From Candidatus Saccharimonadota bacterium (GTDB taxonomy: Bacteria > Bacteroidota > Bacteroidia > Cytophagales > Amoebophilaceae): a stretch of 32,000 bases of DNA. A program made the position numbers and the translations under genes. How positions within the stretch are numbered: the stretch's first letter is position 1; each line of letters starts with the position of its first letter. Under the pieces are notes generated by a model. The model ran no database searches. It was not told where the DNA came from and saw nothing but the letters and a program-made list of their open reading frames with translations. Below, piece by piece: positions 1-9,707 of this stretch. The stretch spans positions 570,001 through 602,000 of the forward strand of contig NZ_OZ239769.1 of assembly GCF_965196625.1 (NCBI RefSeq), written 5' to 3'.

Positions 1-264
1 AATGGCGTTTTATTTTGAACAGTTTTTCTTTTTTTAGCTTGAGCAGCTTTATCCGAGACAGTAGATGGTAGCTCCCTAGATCGTTTGCGCGGTTGGATAG
101 ATGTATTATCTGTATTGGCGTGATATATGCAATACAAAACTATTCCATTTTGATGGATACAAATTAGGTGAGGCTAAAATCCTAGATGACTAAGCTATTT
201 AAGGTCAACAATAGTGCCGCAGCATATGGTCTCTAAGTTTTTTACGCTTTTTTTTGAAAAACAT

Positions 265-295
265 ATTGCAAATTAGAAAAAAGTACGTACCTTTG
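265..295 (+). promoter_or_regulatory. Candidate Bacteroidota-type promoter for the 16S rRNA gene
   Basis: TACCTTTG at 288-295 fits the Bacteroidetes -7 consensus TAnnTTTG. ATTG at 265-268 lies 19 nt upstream, where the -33 TTTG element is expected. The site is about 190 nt upstream of the mature 16S 5' end. Motif match only. Confidence 0.3.
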
Positions 296-384
296 TTTCA
301 GAGTTGATCAGAATAACTCAGGAAGCTCGTTAAAAAGCAGTAGTTTTATTTCTGATTTGGCTTTAGTTCTTTGAAATAGATGTA

Positions 385-419
385 GGTAAGAAGCTCATTT
401 AAGTATGAGTGAGAGAGAA
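385..419 (+). promoter_or_regulatory. 16S leader strand of a putative leader-trailer processing helix
   Basis: GGTAAGAAG (385-393) and AGAGAGAA (412-419) are exact complements of the contiguous trailer strand 2019-2035. The leader bases between them contain a CTCAT/ATGAG hairpin. Confidence 0.45.
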
Positions 420-481
420 ATGTGTGACTCAAAAAATCATTCCTGGTTTTACGATTAGGGATAACGTTTATAAATAATAGA

Positions 482-2002
<1,521 letters not shown>

Positions 2003-2018
2003 TATAGAGTAAATGCCA

Positions 2019-2035
2019 TTCTCTCTCTTCTTACC
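2019..2035 (+). promoter_or_regulatory. 16S trailer strand of the putative leader-trailer processing helix
   Basis: TTCTCTCTCTTCTTACC is fully complementary to leader segments 412-419 and 385-393. Confidence 0.45.
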
Positions 2036-2116
2036 GCATTTATTTTAAGTTTTTTCCTCTTTTTATTTAAAGGTTTAATCTATTTTAAATCTTTTTCTAT
2101 TTCCTTCCCATTGGTT

Positions 2117-2323
2117 TTATAGATGCCATTTATCTTTTAGGCAGAAAATATCGTGTAGCGTGGACATATTGAGTGTCTTCCCCAAACGTTGAGGACGAGC
2201 GATTAAGGTAACTTTATCTCCTTTGTCTAGGAACTCAGCAATCATGTCGGTCTTATCACAAAAAAGATAGTCTTCTTGTACCAACTCTTGAAAATTGTCA
2301 ATCCCAATTGGTAATTTTTTCAT
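2117..2323 (-). pseudogene. N-terminal fragment (68 codons) of an AAA-ATPase-like/PD-(D/E)XK family gene, paralog of 3517-5283
   Basis: MKKLPIGIDNFQELVQEDYLFCDKTDMIAEFLDKGDKVTLIARPQRLGKTLNMS aligns residue for residue with the first ~55 aa of the 588-aa protein. About 25 nt upstream of the two start codons are also similar. It then terminates, missing ~520 codons. Confidence 0.8.
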
Positions 2324-2638
2324 GATGCTATTAGAAGATTTAAAACTATTTTATCTACAGTATATAAGTTATCATCGGGAGCAACCTAATCTAGATTAGG
2401 CTTTTTCCTGCATGCTGATATAGATCGTATCGCTGTATCAGTTAGTTTATTACTTGGGTAAAGGACTTTTTATAGAAATTTGTTAAATTAAGGATTCAAT
2501 CAAATTGCATTGGGTTGTTTTTCTAGCTGGAAAACATGGATATAATGCTACGTTAATGATTTGTAATTTTATACATTATACACTCCGAACGTCTGGCTCA
2601 GTTTGTTATCCTGATAGGGTTACTTAAATTACAAAAAT

Positions 2639-3289
2639 ATGCTCGGACCGCATTCAAGTATTGATATCTATCAAGGCAATACCCATGGAGATACGCCGCT
2701 TCATGTAGCAGCTTTTGAAGGCAATTGGCAAAAAGCCCAATTGTTATTGAAAGACAAAACCATTGATGTAAATGCAAGGAATAACTATTATAATGCACCC
2801 ATACATTATGCCGTTTCTCAAGAGCATGTAGAGGTTCTTAAAGTGCTGCTAGAAGCATCAACCGCTGTGGATGTAAATGCGATAGATAAAGACACCTATG
2901 CGCCACTGCATTATGCATCGTATAAAGGCCATTTGGAGATGACGCAAACCTTGTTGAATAATGTAAATATTGATGTGAATGTCAAGGATAAATATGAAAA
3001 TGCACCCTTACATTATGCAGCATTTGAAGGGCATATAGAGTTGCTTAAGGCGTTGTTGGCGAATAAAGATATTGATGTCAATATTAAAAATCAGCATGAA
3101 AATACTCCGTTGTATTATGCTGCATCTAAAGGTCGGCTAGAGGTGGTTAAGGCATTGGTGGTTGCTACAGGCATTCAGATCATGATAAAAAATAAGTATG
3201 GTAAAACGCCGCTTGATACAGCGAGCTGGAATAGCCACCCTGAATGTCTTGATGTATTATATCATGCAGCGCATAAACAAGAAGGATAA
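2639..3289 (+). CDS. Ankyrin-repeat protein, about six ANK repeats
   Basis: Repeating ~33-35 aa units with the ANK signature (TPLHVAA..G, APLHYAS.KGH.E....LL, D(V/I)N..D/N). No signal peptide. The N-terminus may be truncated. Confidence 0.85.
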   Translation: MLGPHSSIDIYQGNTHGDTPLHVAAFEGNWQKAQLLLKDKTIDVNARNNYYNAPIHYAVSQEHVEVLKVLLEASTAVDVNAIDKDTYAPLHYASYKGHLEMTQTLLNNVNIDVNVKDKYENAPLHYAAFEGHIELLKALLANKDIDVNIKNQHENTPLYYAASKGRLEVVKALVVATGIQIMIKNKYGKTPLDTASWNSHPECLDVLYHAAHKQEG

Positions 3290-3305
3290 GGGGGGATATC
3301 TTCTT

Positions 3306-3365
3306 TGAAGCCCGCGTAGCGGGCGAGTTCTGATTTTCCCGATGAAAAACTTGGCGTGTAGTAAA
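3306..3365. repeat. Partial copy (centre plus start of right arm) of the nested palindromic repeat family
   Basis: TGAAGCCCGCGTAGCGGGCGAGTTCTGATTTTCCCGATGAAAAAC matches 5876-5920 (TGAAGCCCGCTGCGCGGGCAAGTTCTGATTTTCCCGCTGAAAAAG). It lies immediately after the ANK stop codon. Confidence 0.6.
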
Positions 3366-3516
3366 AGAGGCTATGGCACATTTTTTAATTAAATTTGAGT
3401 GTAGAATTTAAAAGACAAAAAAATAATTTACACTCCTAAAGAGGCAGGTCTGTATTTATACATCCAATTATTTAACATTCGCATCATTGTAAACCTTAAA
3501 ATCTTCCCATATCATC

Positions 3517-5283
3517 ATGAAAAAGTTACCGATTGGTGTTGATAACTTTCATAAGTTGGTGTCTAACGATTATCTTTTTTGTGATAAGACGGATATGATT
3601 GCTGAGTTATTGCGTAAAGGCGAAGAAGTTACGCTCATTGCGCGCCCCCGCCGTTGGGGTAAGACGCTCAATATGTCTATGCTACACCATTTTTTTGCCT
3701 CAGAGGTAAATGGAGTAAATACATCAGGTTTATTTGATGATCTATCGATTGGCCAGTTAGAGGGTGGTAGATATGTTAGGGAACATCAAGGTAAGCATCC
3801 GGTTATTATGATCAGCTTTAAGGATGTAAATGCAGATAGTTTTGAAGGAGCTTATAATGCGGTCTATGAGTTGATACTAGAATTGTATAGTTTTTATCCT
3901 TATCTATTCACAAGTGAAAAAGTTAATGCGTTACAGTTGGAGCAATTATATCTTATTCGCAAAAGAAAAGCCAATCAGCAAGCATTAGAAAAATCCTTAA
4001 AGTTGCTCAGTCAATGCCTTTATCAACACCATGGGCAGACAGTATATATACTCATAGATGAATATGATACACCCTTAAACAAGGCTTATGGTAATAAGGC
4101 ATACTTGGATGCTATGGTCGCATTTATGCGCAACCTGTTTAGTGCTGCTTTAAAGGGTAATACTACTCTAGCAGGAGGCGTGTTAACGGGCATATTGCGT
4201 GTGTCTAAAGATAGTATGCTTTCTGGGTTGAATAACCTAAAAATGTATACTCTTTTAGATCAAGGTTATAGTGCCTACTTTGGTTTGAGTGAATCAGAAG
4301 TTAAAGATTTATTTACCAAACAAAATCTTTCTACCTGTTTGGATCAAGTAAAAAGTTGGTACAATGGTTATAGGATAGGGAATCTAGTGATGTATAATCC
4401 ATGGTCTATCATTTCATGTTTGAGTGAGGAGGGTTATTTTGATTTCTATTGGGTGAATACGGGTAATAATGATTTAATAAAGCAACTGATTCTTGCCTCT
4501 AATGATAGCATTAAAGAACAGTTCGAACAATTGATGCAACGAGAAGCATTAACGGTATCTATCGATAAACATCTTGCTTTTGATTTATTGGGTAGAGATG
4601 AAACTTCTTTATGGAGTTTACTCTTATTTGCTGGCTATTTAACTTGGGAACACAATAGTTTAAGTAGCAATAGCGATTTATATGATTGTGTAATTAGGAT
4701 TCCTAATAATGAAGTACGGAAGCTTTATAACCGATTTTTTGAGGAATGGCTTCTGAACAAATTTCCTAGTCAGCGTAACTATGATACTTTTTTAAGCCAT
4801 TTACTGATGGGCCAAGTAGATGCATTTACACGAGATTTAAGTGCTTACCTCCTACAAAGTGCTAGTTTCTTTGATGTGCATTCCGGTAAACAGGGTGAAA
4901 GTTTTTACCATGGTTTTGTTTTAGCTATGCTGGCTAGCATCAGTGATAGATGCCATATACGTTCCAATCGAGAAAATGGTTTAGGTCGCTATGATTTGCT
5001 ATTAATCCCTAAAAAAGAAGTTTCTAAAGCGCTTCTATTAGAATTTAAACAAGTACGCAAAGAAGAAGAACTTGAAAACGTAGCTAAACTTGCTTTAGGG
5101 CAAATACAAGAACAGGCCTATCATACTGAAATATTACAATATCCGTATGTTAAAGAAGTAGTGGAATGCGGTGTTGCTTTTTCTAGGAAGTCGGTTGTAG
5201 CGGCTTATGCTACTTATAATCTGATTCATAATCAAGCTGGAGCAGTGTGTTTAACGAATAGATATGGGCAGGAAGAGGGGTAG
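3517..5283 (+). CDS. Predicted AAA-ATPase-like N-terminal domain fused to a PD-(D/E)XK nuclease-like C-terminal domain (uncharacterised family common in Bacteroidota)
   Basis: 588-aa ORF. N-terminal MKKLPIGVDNF...YLFCDKTDMI...LIARPRRWGKTLNMSML matches the P-loop-like RPRRFGK[ST] motif of this family. C-terminal GRYDLLLIP...ALLLEFKQV fits a D...E-x-K nuclease core. Family assignment is from memory of Pfam AAA-ATPase_like/PDDEXK_9. Confidence 0.85.
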   Translation: MKKLPIGVDNFHKLVSNDYLFCDKTDMIAELLRKGEEVTLIARPRRWGKTLNMSMLHHFFASEVNGVNTSGLFDDLSIGQLEGGRYVREHQGKHPVIMISFKDVNADSFEGAYNAVYELILELYSFYPYLFTSEKVNALQLEQLYLIRKRKANQQALEKSLKLLSQCLYQHHGQTVYILIDEYDTPLNKAYGNKAYLDAMVAFMRNLFSAALKGNTTLAGGVLTGILRVSKDSMLSGLNNLKMYTLLDQGYSAYFGLSESEVKDLFTKQNLSTCLDQVKSWYNGYRIGNLVMYNPWSIISCLSEEGYFDFYWVNTGNNDLIKQLILASNDSIKEQFEQLMQREALTVSIDKHLAFDLLGRDETSLWSLLLFAGYLTWEHNSLSSNSDLYDCVIRIPNNEVRKLYNRFFEEWLLNKFPSQRNYDTFLSHLLMGQVDAFTRDLSAYLLQSASFFDVHSGKQGESFYHGFVLAMLASISDRCHIRSNRENGLGRYDLLLIPKKEVSKALLLEFKQVRKEEELENVAKLALGQIQEQAYHTEILQYPYVKEVVECGVAFSRKSVVAAYATYNLIHNQAGAVCLTNRYGQEEG

Positions 5284-5287
5284 AAGT

Positions 5288-5466
5288 AGCACCTTACTTT
5301 TTGCTTGATAAAAAAGTAAGGTATCTGTCCAAATCAGTGGTAAAAAAGGATTTTTATTGCACTTTTTGCTTGATAAAAAAGTAAGGTATCTGTCCAAATC
5401 AGTGGTAAAAAAGGATTTTTATTGCACTTTTTGCTTGATAAAAAAGTGCACAAAAAATCAAGCGCT
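5288..5466. repeat. 65-bp tandem repeat (2 full copies plus a partial third) with hairpins sharing a GCTTGAT loop; related dispersed copy at 20582-20649
   Basis: TTGCTTGATAAAAAAGTAAGGTATCTGTCCAAATCAGTGGTAAAAAAGGATTTTTATTGCACTTT starts at 5301, 5366 and 5431 (period 65). Hairpins are ACCTTACTTTTT-GCTTGAT-AAAAAAGTAAGGT and GCACTTTTT-GCTTGAT-AAAAAGTGC. Confidence 0.9.
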
Positions 5467-5760
5467 GATGGAAAAAGTTGCTGAAAGTACAACTTACAGA
5501 TGGAAAAACAGGAGCCATCCTGCTATCCATCTCTGCAAACTGTTTTTCTATTCATCTGCAAGCTGCACTTTCTAATCACAACTTTTTCCAAGGGCGCGTT
5601 TTTCCTATTTTTTTGAAACGCTGCTGGACTCCTATAAAAAAACTTGCCGCACAGTAAAATTTCGATCAGAGAGTTCGGTCTTTGGAGCTACCTATAATTT
5701 GACCATTAATATTTAGAAATTATTGGAAACGTAGCCTGCTAGTTGTTTGCAGTGGTCATT

Positions 5761-5983
5761 CTATTGCGTCCATTGAAAGCGCCCATGGCCGCCGATAAAG
5801 GAATTTGGCGCTTTCAGTAAGCTTGTAGTTTACTGACGAACGCTTTGTCAGCGGATCAGAAAATCAGTTTTGTCTGAAGCCCGCTGCGCGGGCAAGTTCT
5901 GATTTTCCCGCTGAAAAAGCGTTCGTTTCATTATTTTTACTGTGTGCCAAATTCATTTATCGGCGGACAGCAGCGGTGGGGGC
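5761..5983. repeat. Full copy of a ~190-220 bp nested palindromic (MITE/REP-like) element
   Basis: Left arm CCGCCGATAAAGGAATTTGGCGC...GACGAACGCTTTGTCAGCGGATCAGAAAATCAG is the imperfect reverse complement of right arm CTGATTTTCCCGCTGAAAAAGCGTTCG...GCCAAATTCATTTATCGGCGG. The central mini-hairpin is GCCCGC-TGC-GCGGGC. A second full copy lies at 22516-22752. Confidence 0.85.
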
Positions 5984-6262
5984 AAATAACCACATCTCCC
6001 TTATTAACCCTTAAATCTCTTAAAAAATTTCAATAACTTAAGCTTTACGATTAACTTTATATCGATGGTTGTGGTTTTTATCCCCCTTTCCTACTATGAT
6101 CATAGCAGCGTATGCGGCCCTGTACATATGGTTTGGAAGGCCTAGAAACCTGAAACAGTCGGCTTATAGAGTGGCCATTATTGGGTAGAAAAAGCAGTCA
6201 ACCTATTGGCGGCTGGTTGGGAGGATGATGAGCCGCGTAATACTTGGTAATATGTTGTATAA

Positions 6263-7039
6263 ATGGTTATGCGAATCGCTAAGCGTTGGCACTTTTTAGC
6301 AGTACTCTTGAGTTCGTTTGTAGGGTGGTTGGTTGCCATTACGCCTCTTTGTGCAGAGGAAGAAGTGGATAAAAAAGCACTTTTTACAGAGGCAGAGGCA
6401 GAGCCAGAAGTGGACGAAAAAGCACTTGAAATTCTAGACAAGACTTCTGCCTATTACCAAGCACTAGAAAACTTTAAGGCTACCTATGTATTGACCATTA
6501 AATATCCAGAAGAAGATACCATTCAGTGCGATAAAATTAAAATGCAGATCACTGCTCGGGGGCAGCAATATAGGCTATCCTATGGCCAAAAAGAGACTAT
6601 AACAGATGGAGAAACCGTTTGGGCATATGATAAGGAGCTAAAAGAAGTTACCATTAGCGAATATGCTAAAACAGACGCTGATCTAAATTTGACTGAGTTA
6701 TATAACCTTTATCAACAAGGCTATCGATTTGTCTATATCGGCGCACGTGTGGTGCACAAAGCGAAAAAGATCATACGAGATATTGTCCAGTTAACGCCTC
6801 TTCGTGAGGATAGCAGTTTTAAGCATATTACCCTTGAAGTGGACCGTGCTACCGCACAAATTCATAGCTGGGAAGTAGTACAAAACGAAGAAACAAGGTA
6901 TATTTGTACAATTAATAAGTTCTCTGTTAACATTCCCTTATCAGATGATTATTTTACATTTGATATAAGTGCACATGGAGACTTAGAGGTAATAGACCTA
7001 CGGGAAAGTGAAGAAGAAGTTGATTTAGATGAAGTGTAG
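6263..7039 (+). CDS. lolA: LolA-like outer-membrane lipoprotein carrier family protein with signal peptide and acidic tail
   Basis: 258-aa ORF with a hydrophobic N-terminal signal. The body matches the Bacteroidota LolA pattern (DGETVWAYDKELKEVTISEY..., ...FTFDISAHGDLEVIDLRE). Confidence 0.75.
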   Translation: MVMRIAKRWHFLAVLLSSFVGWLVAITPLCAEEEVDKKALFTEAEAEPEVDEKALEILDKTSAYYQALENFKATYVLTIKYPEEDTIQCDKIKMQITARGQQYRLSYGQKETITDGETVWAYDKELKEVTISEYAKTDADLNLTELYNLYQQGYRFVYIGARVVHKAKKIIRDIVQLTPLREDSSFKHITLEVDRATAQIHSWEVVQNEETRYICTINKFSVNIPLSDDYFTFDISAHGDLEVIDLRESEEEVDLDEV

Positions 7040-7081
7040 TATCTACATGATCATCGCATTTTGCTATATAATTTACCATTT

Positions 7082-7669
7082 ATGGAAACCATTCAACAAC
7101 ATTTAGACCAAGCAGCGCGCAGTATGGATAAGGCCTACCTCCATGCACAGGATGCTTTTTCAAAAGTGAATGCTGGACGCGCGCTACCTACTATGCTGAA
7201 CCATTTGATGGTGCTCTATTATGGAAACCCAACCCCACTCCATCAAGTGGCTGCGATTAGTACCGCCGATCCGCGTACCTTGACGGTGCAACCATGGGAA
7301 CAAAGTACCATTCCCCATATCGAAAAAGCAATTGCAGAAAGCCAACTTGGGTTTACCACTAGAAACGATGGACGTGTGGTTATGGTTACCCTGCCTCCTC
7401 CCTCTGAGGAAAGGCGCAAGAGTTTGGTAAAACTCATTAAAAATGAAGCAGAAAAAGGAAGGGTAGTCATTCGAAATCTGCGCCGTGATTATAAAGAAAT
7501 GCTAAAAGCTACCCAAAAAGATGGCATACCAGAAGATGTTGTAAAAAGAGCAGAGAAAAAATTGCAGGAGCTTACGGATGGCTACATTGATAAAATCAAC
7601 CATCTTTTGACCTTAAAAGAGGCAGATTTAATGGCTATTAACCAAAATAATAACGCATGCTCACGATAG
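7082..7669 (+). CDS. frr: Ribosome recycling factor
   Basis: METIQQHLDQA...VNAGRA.P.ML..L.V.YYG..TPL.Q.A.IS..D.RTL.VQPW... is a typical RRF. The track start at 7061 is TTG; the ATG at 7082 fits the family N-terminus better. The last 13 nt overlap sufC. Confidence 0.9.
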   Translation: METIQQHLDQAARSMDKAYLHAQDAFSKVNAGRALPTMLNHLMVLYYGNPTPLHQVAAISTADPRTLTVQPWEQSTIPHIEKAIAESQLGFTTRNDGRVVMVTLPPPSEERRKSLVKLIKNEAEKGRVVIRNLRRDYKEMLKATQKDGIPEDVVKRAEKKLQELTDGYIDKINHLLTLKEADLMAINQNNNACSR

Positions 7670-8403
7670 CAGATTTACATGTACGCATAGGTGGCACAAA
7701 CGTACTCAATGGCATCAACCTGCAAGTAGATGCCGGTCAGGTACACGCTATTATGGGGCCCAATGGGGCAGGCAAAAGCACCTTAGCCGCTGTTTTAGCT
7801 GGTAAAGCTGGTTATGAAGTTACCAAAGGGCGCATCTTGCTGCAAGGTCAGGATCTATTGGAGCTTGCACCAGAAGCTAGAGCCGCGCTGGGTCTTTTTT
7901 TGGCCTTTCAATATCCAGTTGAAATTCCAGGCGTAACCACGACTAATTTTTTAAAAACAGCTGTCAACCAAATAAGGAAACAGAGGGAGTTGCCCCCTTT
8001 GGATGCCGTTGCTTTTTTAGCCCTTTTAAAAGAGAAGCGCGAGCTGCTGCGTATGGATCATGGCTTGGTACAACGTTCACTCAATGAAGGTTTTTCAGGC
8101 GGCGAAAAAAAAAGAAATGAAATGCTCCAAATGGCTGTATTGGATCCTACTTTGGCCATTTTGGATGAGACCGATTCTGGTCTGGATATTGATGCTTTAA
8201 CCATTGTCTCGCAAGCCATCAACCAGTTGCGTAAGCCCACCAATGCGATGGTATTAATTACCCATTACCAGAGGCTATTGGACCATGTGGTGCCAGATGT
8301 TGTGCATATTTTTTATGATGGAAAAATTATACAATCCGGCGATGCTAGCCTTGCCAAACGGTTGGAAAAAGAAGGCTATGCCTGGATTACCCAACGCATC
8401 TAA
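7657..8403 (+). CDS. sufC: Fe-S cluster assembly ATPase SufC
   Basis: Walker A GPNGAGKST, ABC signature NEGFSGGEKKR and Walker B LAILDETDSGLD. The 248-aa length is typical. Confidence 0.95.
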   Translation: MLTIADLHVRIGGTNVLNGINLQVDAGQVHAIMGPNGAGKSTLAAVLAGKAGYEVTKGRILLQGQDLLELAPEARAALGLFLAFQYPVEIPGVTTTNFLKTAVNQIRKQRELPPLDAVAFLALLKEKRELLRMDHGLVQRSLNEGFSGGEKKRNEMLQMAVLDPTLAILDETDSGLDIDALTIVSQAINQLRKPTNAMVLITHYQRLLDHVVPDVVHIFYDGKIIQSGDASLAKRLEKEGYAWITQRI

Positions 8404-8409
8404 TGATTT

Positions 8410-9672
8410 ATGATTGCATTTACAAATTGGTTGGCAGAGGCCTTTGGAACCCTTTCTGCTACCGAGCCTTTTTATACAGAACGGTTATGCCTATTCAATA
8501 GGCTGCGTGAGCCTGCTTTTATAGCCAGCCAAAAGGAAGACTATACCAATCTGAGTGAAATCCTTCAGCTATTGACAGGTCGGCCCTACCATGCCGATCT
8601 ACCCACTCCGCCTGCGTTTCCAGTGGAAATGAATCGGTATGTCCAGCTTCCTGAGGCAGTGACGGTAACTTTTGTAAATGGAGTATGGTCCCCATCTGGA
8701 AGCTTCCCCCAGGGGATGCAATTGCATAGGCTAGCAGATCTACCATTGCTCGAACAAAAAGAGCTATTGGCTACTTATAGGGCTGATATGCAATCAAGCA
8801 ATGATCTTTTTATTGGCTTGAATAGCCTATTATCTCAAGAAAGCTACCTACTGGATATTACAGCAGATCGTCTGGTGGTCCTGGAACATATTGTAACCGA
8901 TTCTGTCGCTCATGTAGTGCCTCAGTTGATCATTAAAGTAGGCAAGGGCTGTCAAGTAACTATACTAGAAAATTGGCGTACGGGCCAAACAGAGCCTTTT
9001 GTAAACCACTTTACCAATATTACGCTAGAAGAAGCTGCGCAGCTAGCTTACCATACCCTCTATACCGATGCAGCGTCATCTTGCCAGTTCAATAGCCTCT
9101 ATTGTAACCAAAAAGACCATAGTACCTTTACCCATCATACCTTTGCCTTGGGTATTGCTATGTTGCGCATGCATATTAAAGCCCAAATCAGTGGCAGCCA
9201 TGCCTCTGCCGGCTTATATGGTCTATCTGCCCTTTCGGAAACAGAAAAAGCAGCGCAACAGATCCAAGTTATCCATAGAGCCCCCCATAGCCTGAGCAAA
9301 CAATATTATAAATCTATCTTAGGCGGCCACTCAACAGGCCGTTTTAGTGGTAAAATTTACCTCACCCCTGCTGCGCAGCAAACCAATGCCTACCAAACCA
9401 ATAATACCCTGATCCTCTCCGATGCGGCCCATCATTATGCCAAGCCACAATTGGAAATTTATGCAGATGATGTCAAATGTTCCCATGGCGCAACCGCTGG
9501 TCAATTGGATGAGGAACAAATCTTTTACTTACAAACACGTGGCATCGCAGCCCCTTTGGCCAAAAGATTATTGCTGGAAGCCTTTGGCAGCGAAATCATT
9601 GACTCCGTTGCGTGCGCACCATTGCAAGATTATTTGCACCATAAGCTCGTAGCAAAGCTTATAAAATTGTAG
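8410..9672 (+). CDS. sufD: Fe-S cluster assembly protein SufD
   Basis: 420 aa. The C-terminal QLEIYADDVKCSHGATAGQLDEEQIFYLQTRGI is the SufB/SufD signature. Length and position after sufC fit SufD rather than SufB. Confidence 0.88.
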   Translation: MIAFTNWLAEAFGTLSATEPFYTERLCLFNRLREPAFIASQKEDYTNLSEILQLLTGRPYHADLPTPPAFPVEMNRYVQLPEAVTVTFVNGVWSPSGSFPQGMQLHRLADLPLLEQKELLATYRADMQSSNDLFIGLNSLLSQESYLLDITADRLVVLEHIVTDSVAHVVPQLIIKVGKGCQVTILENWRTGQTEPFVNHFTNITLEEAAQLAYHTLYTDAASSCQFNSLYCNQKDHSTFTHHTFALGIAMLRMHIKAQISGSHASAGLYGLSALSETEKAAQQIQVIHRAPHSLSKQYYKSILGGHSTGRFSGKIYLTPAAQQTNAYQTNNTLILSDAAHHYAKPQLEIYADDVKCSHGATAGQLDEEQIFYLQTRGIAAPLAKRLLLEAFGSEIIDSVACAPLQDYLHHKLVAKLIKL

Positions 9673-9707
9673 TATCTTGGGTCTATTAACCTAGTCAACT
9701 GCTACTC

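Noticed and set aside
2385-2400. Perfect 16-bp palindrome CCTAATCTAGATTAGG followed by CTTTTT
   Set aside because: It could be an operator or a weak terminator, but it lies upstream of a dead gene fragment and has no second copy in the window. There is not enough context.
5301-5447. Possible CRISPR array
   Set aside because: The 65-bp units are directly contiguous with no unique spacers, there are only about 2.3 copies, and there are no cas genes. It is a plain tandem repeat.
5357-5575. 72-aa ORF
   Set aside because: It is read straight through the tandem repeat and has low-complexity sequence. It is not credible as a gene.
5467-5760. Possible small RNA gene (SRP, tmRNA, RNase P, 6S) in the ORF-free spacer
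   Set aside because: None of the conserved signature blocks of these RNAs are present. Only short local repeats (GATGGAAAAA twice) are seen.
6178-6441. 87-aa minus-strand ORF
   Set aside because: It overlaps the lolA-like start region in antisense and is Ser-rich low complexity.
8102-8114. A9 homopolymer inside sufC (and T8-T9 runs at 18437-18449 and 22955-22964) as phase-variation tracts
   Set aside because: Such runs are expected in AT-rich genomes, and the reading frames are intact in essential genes.
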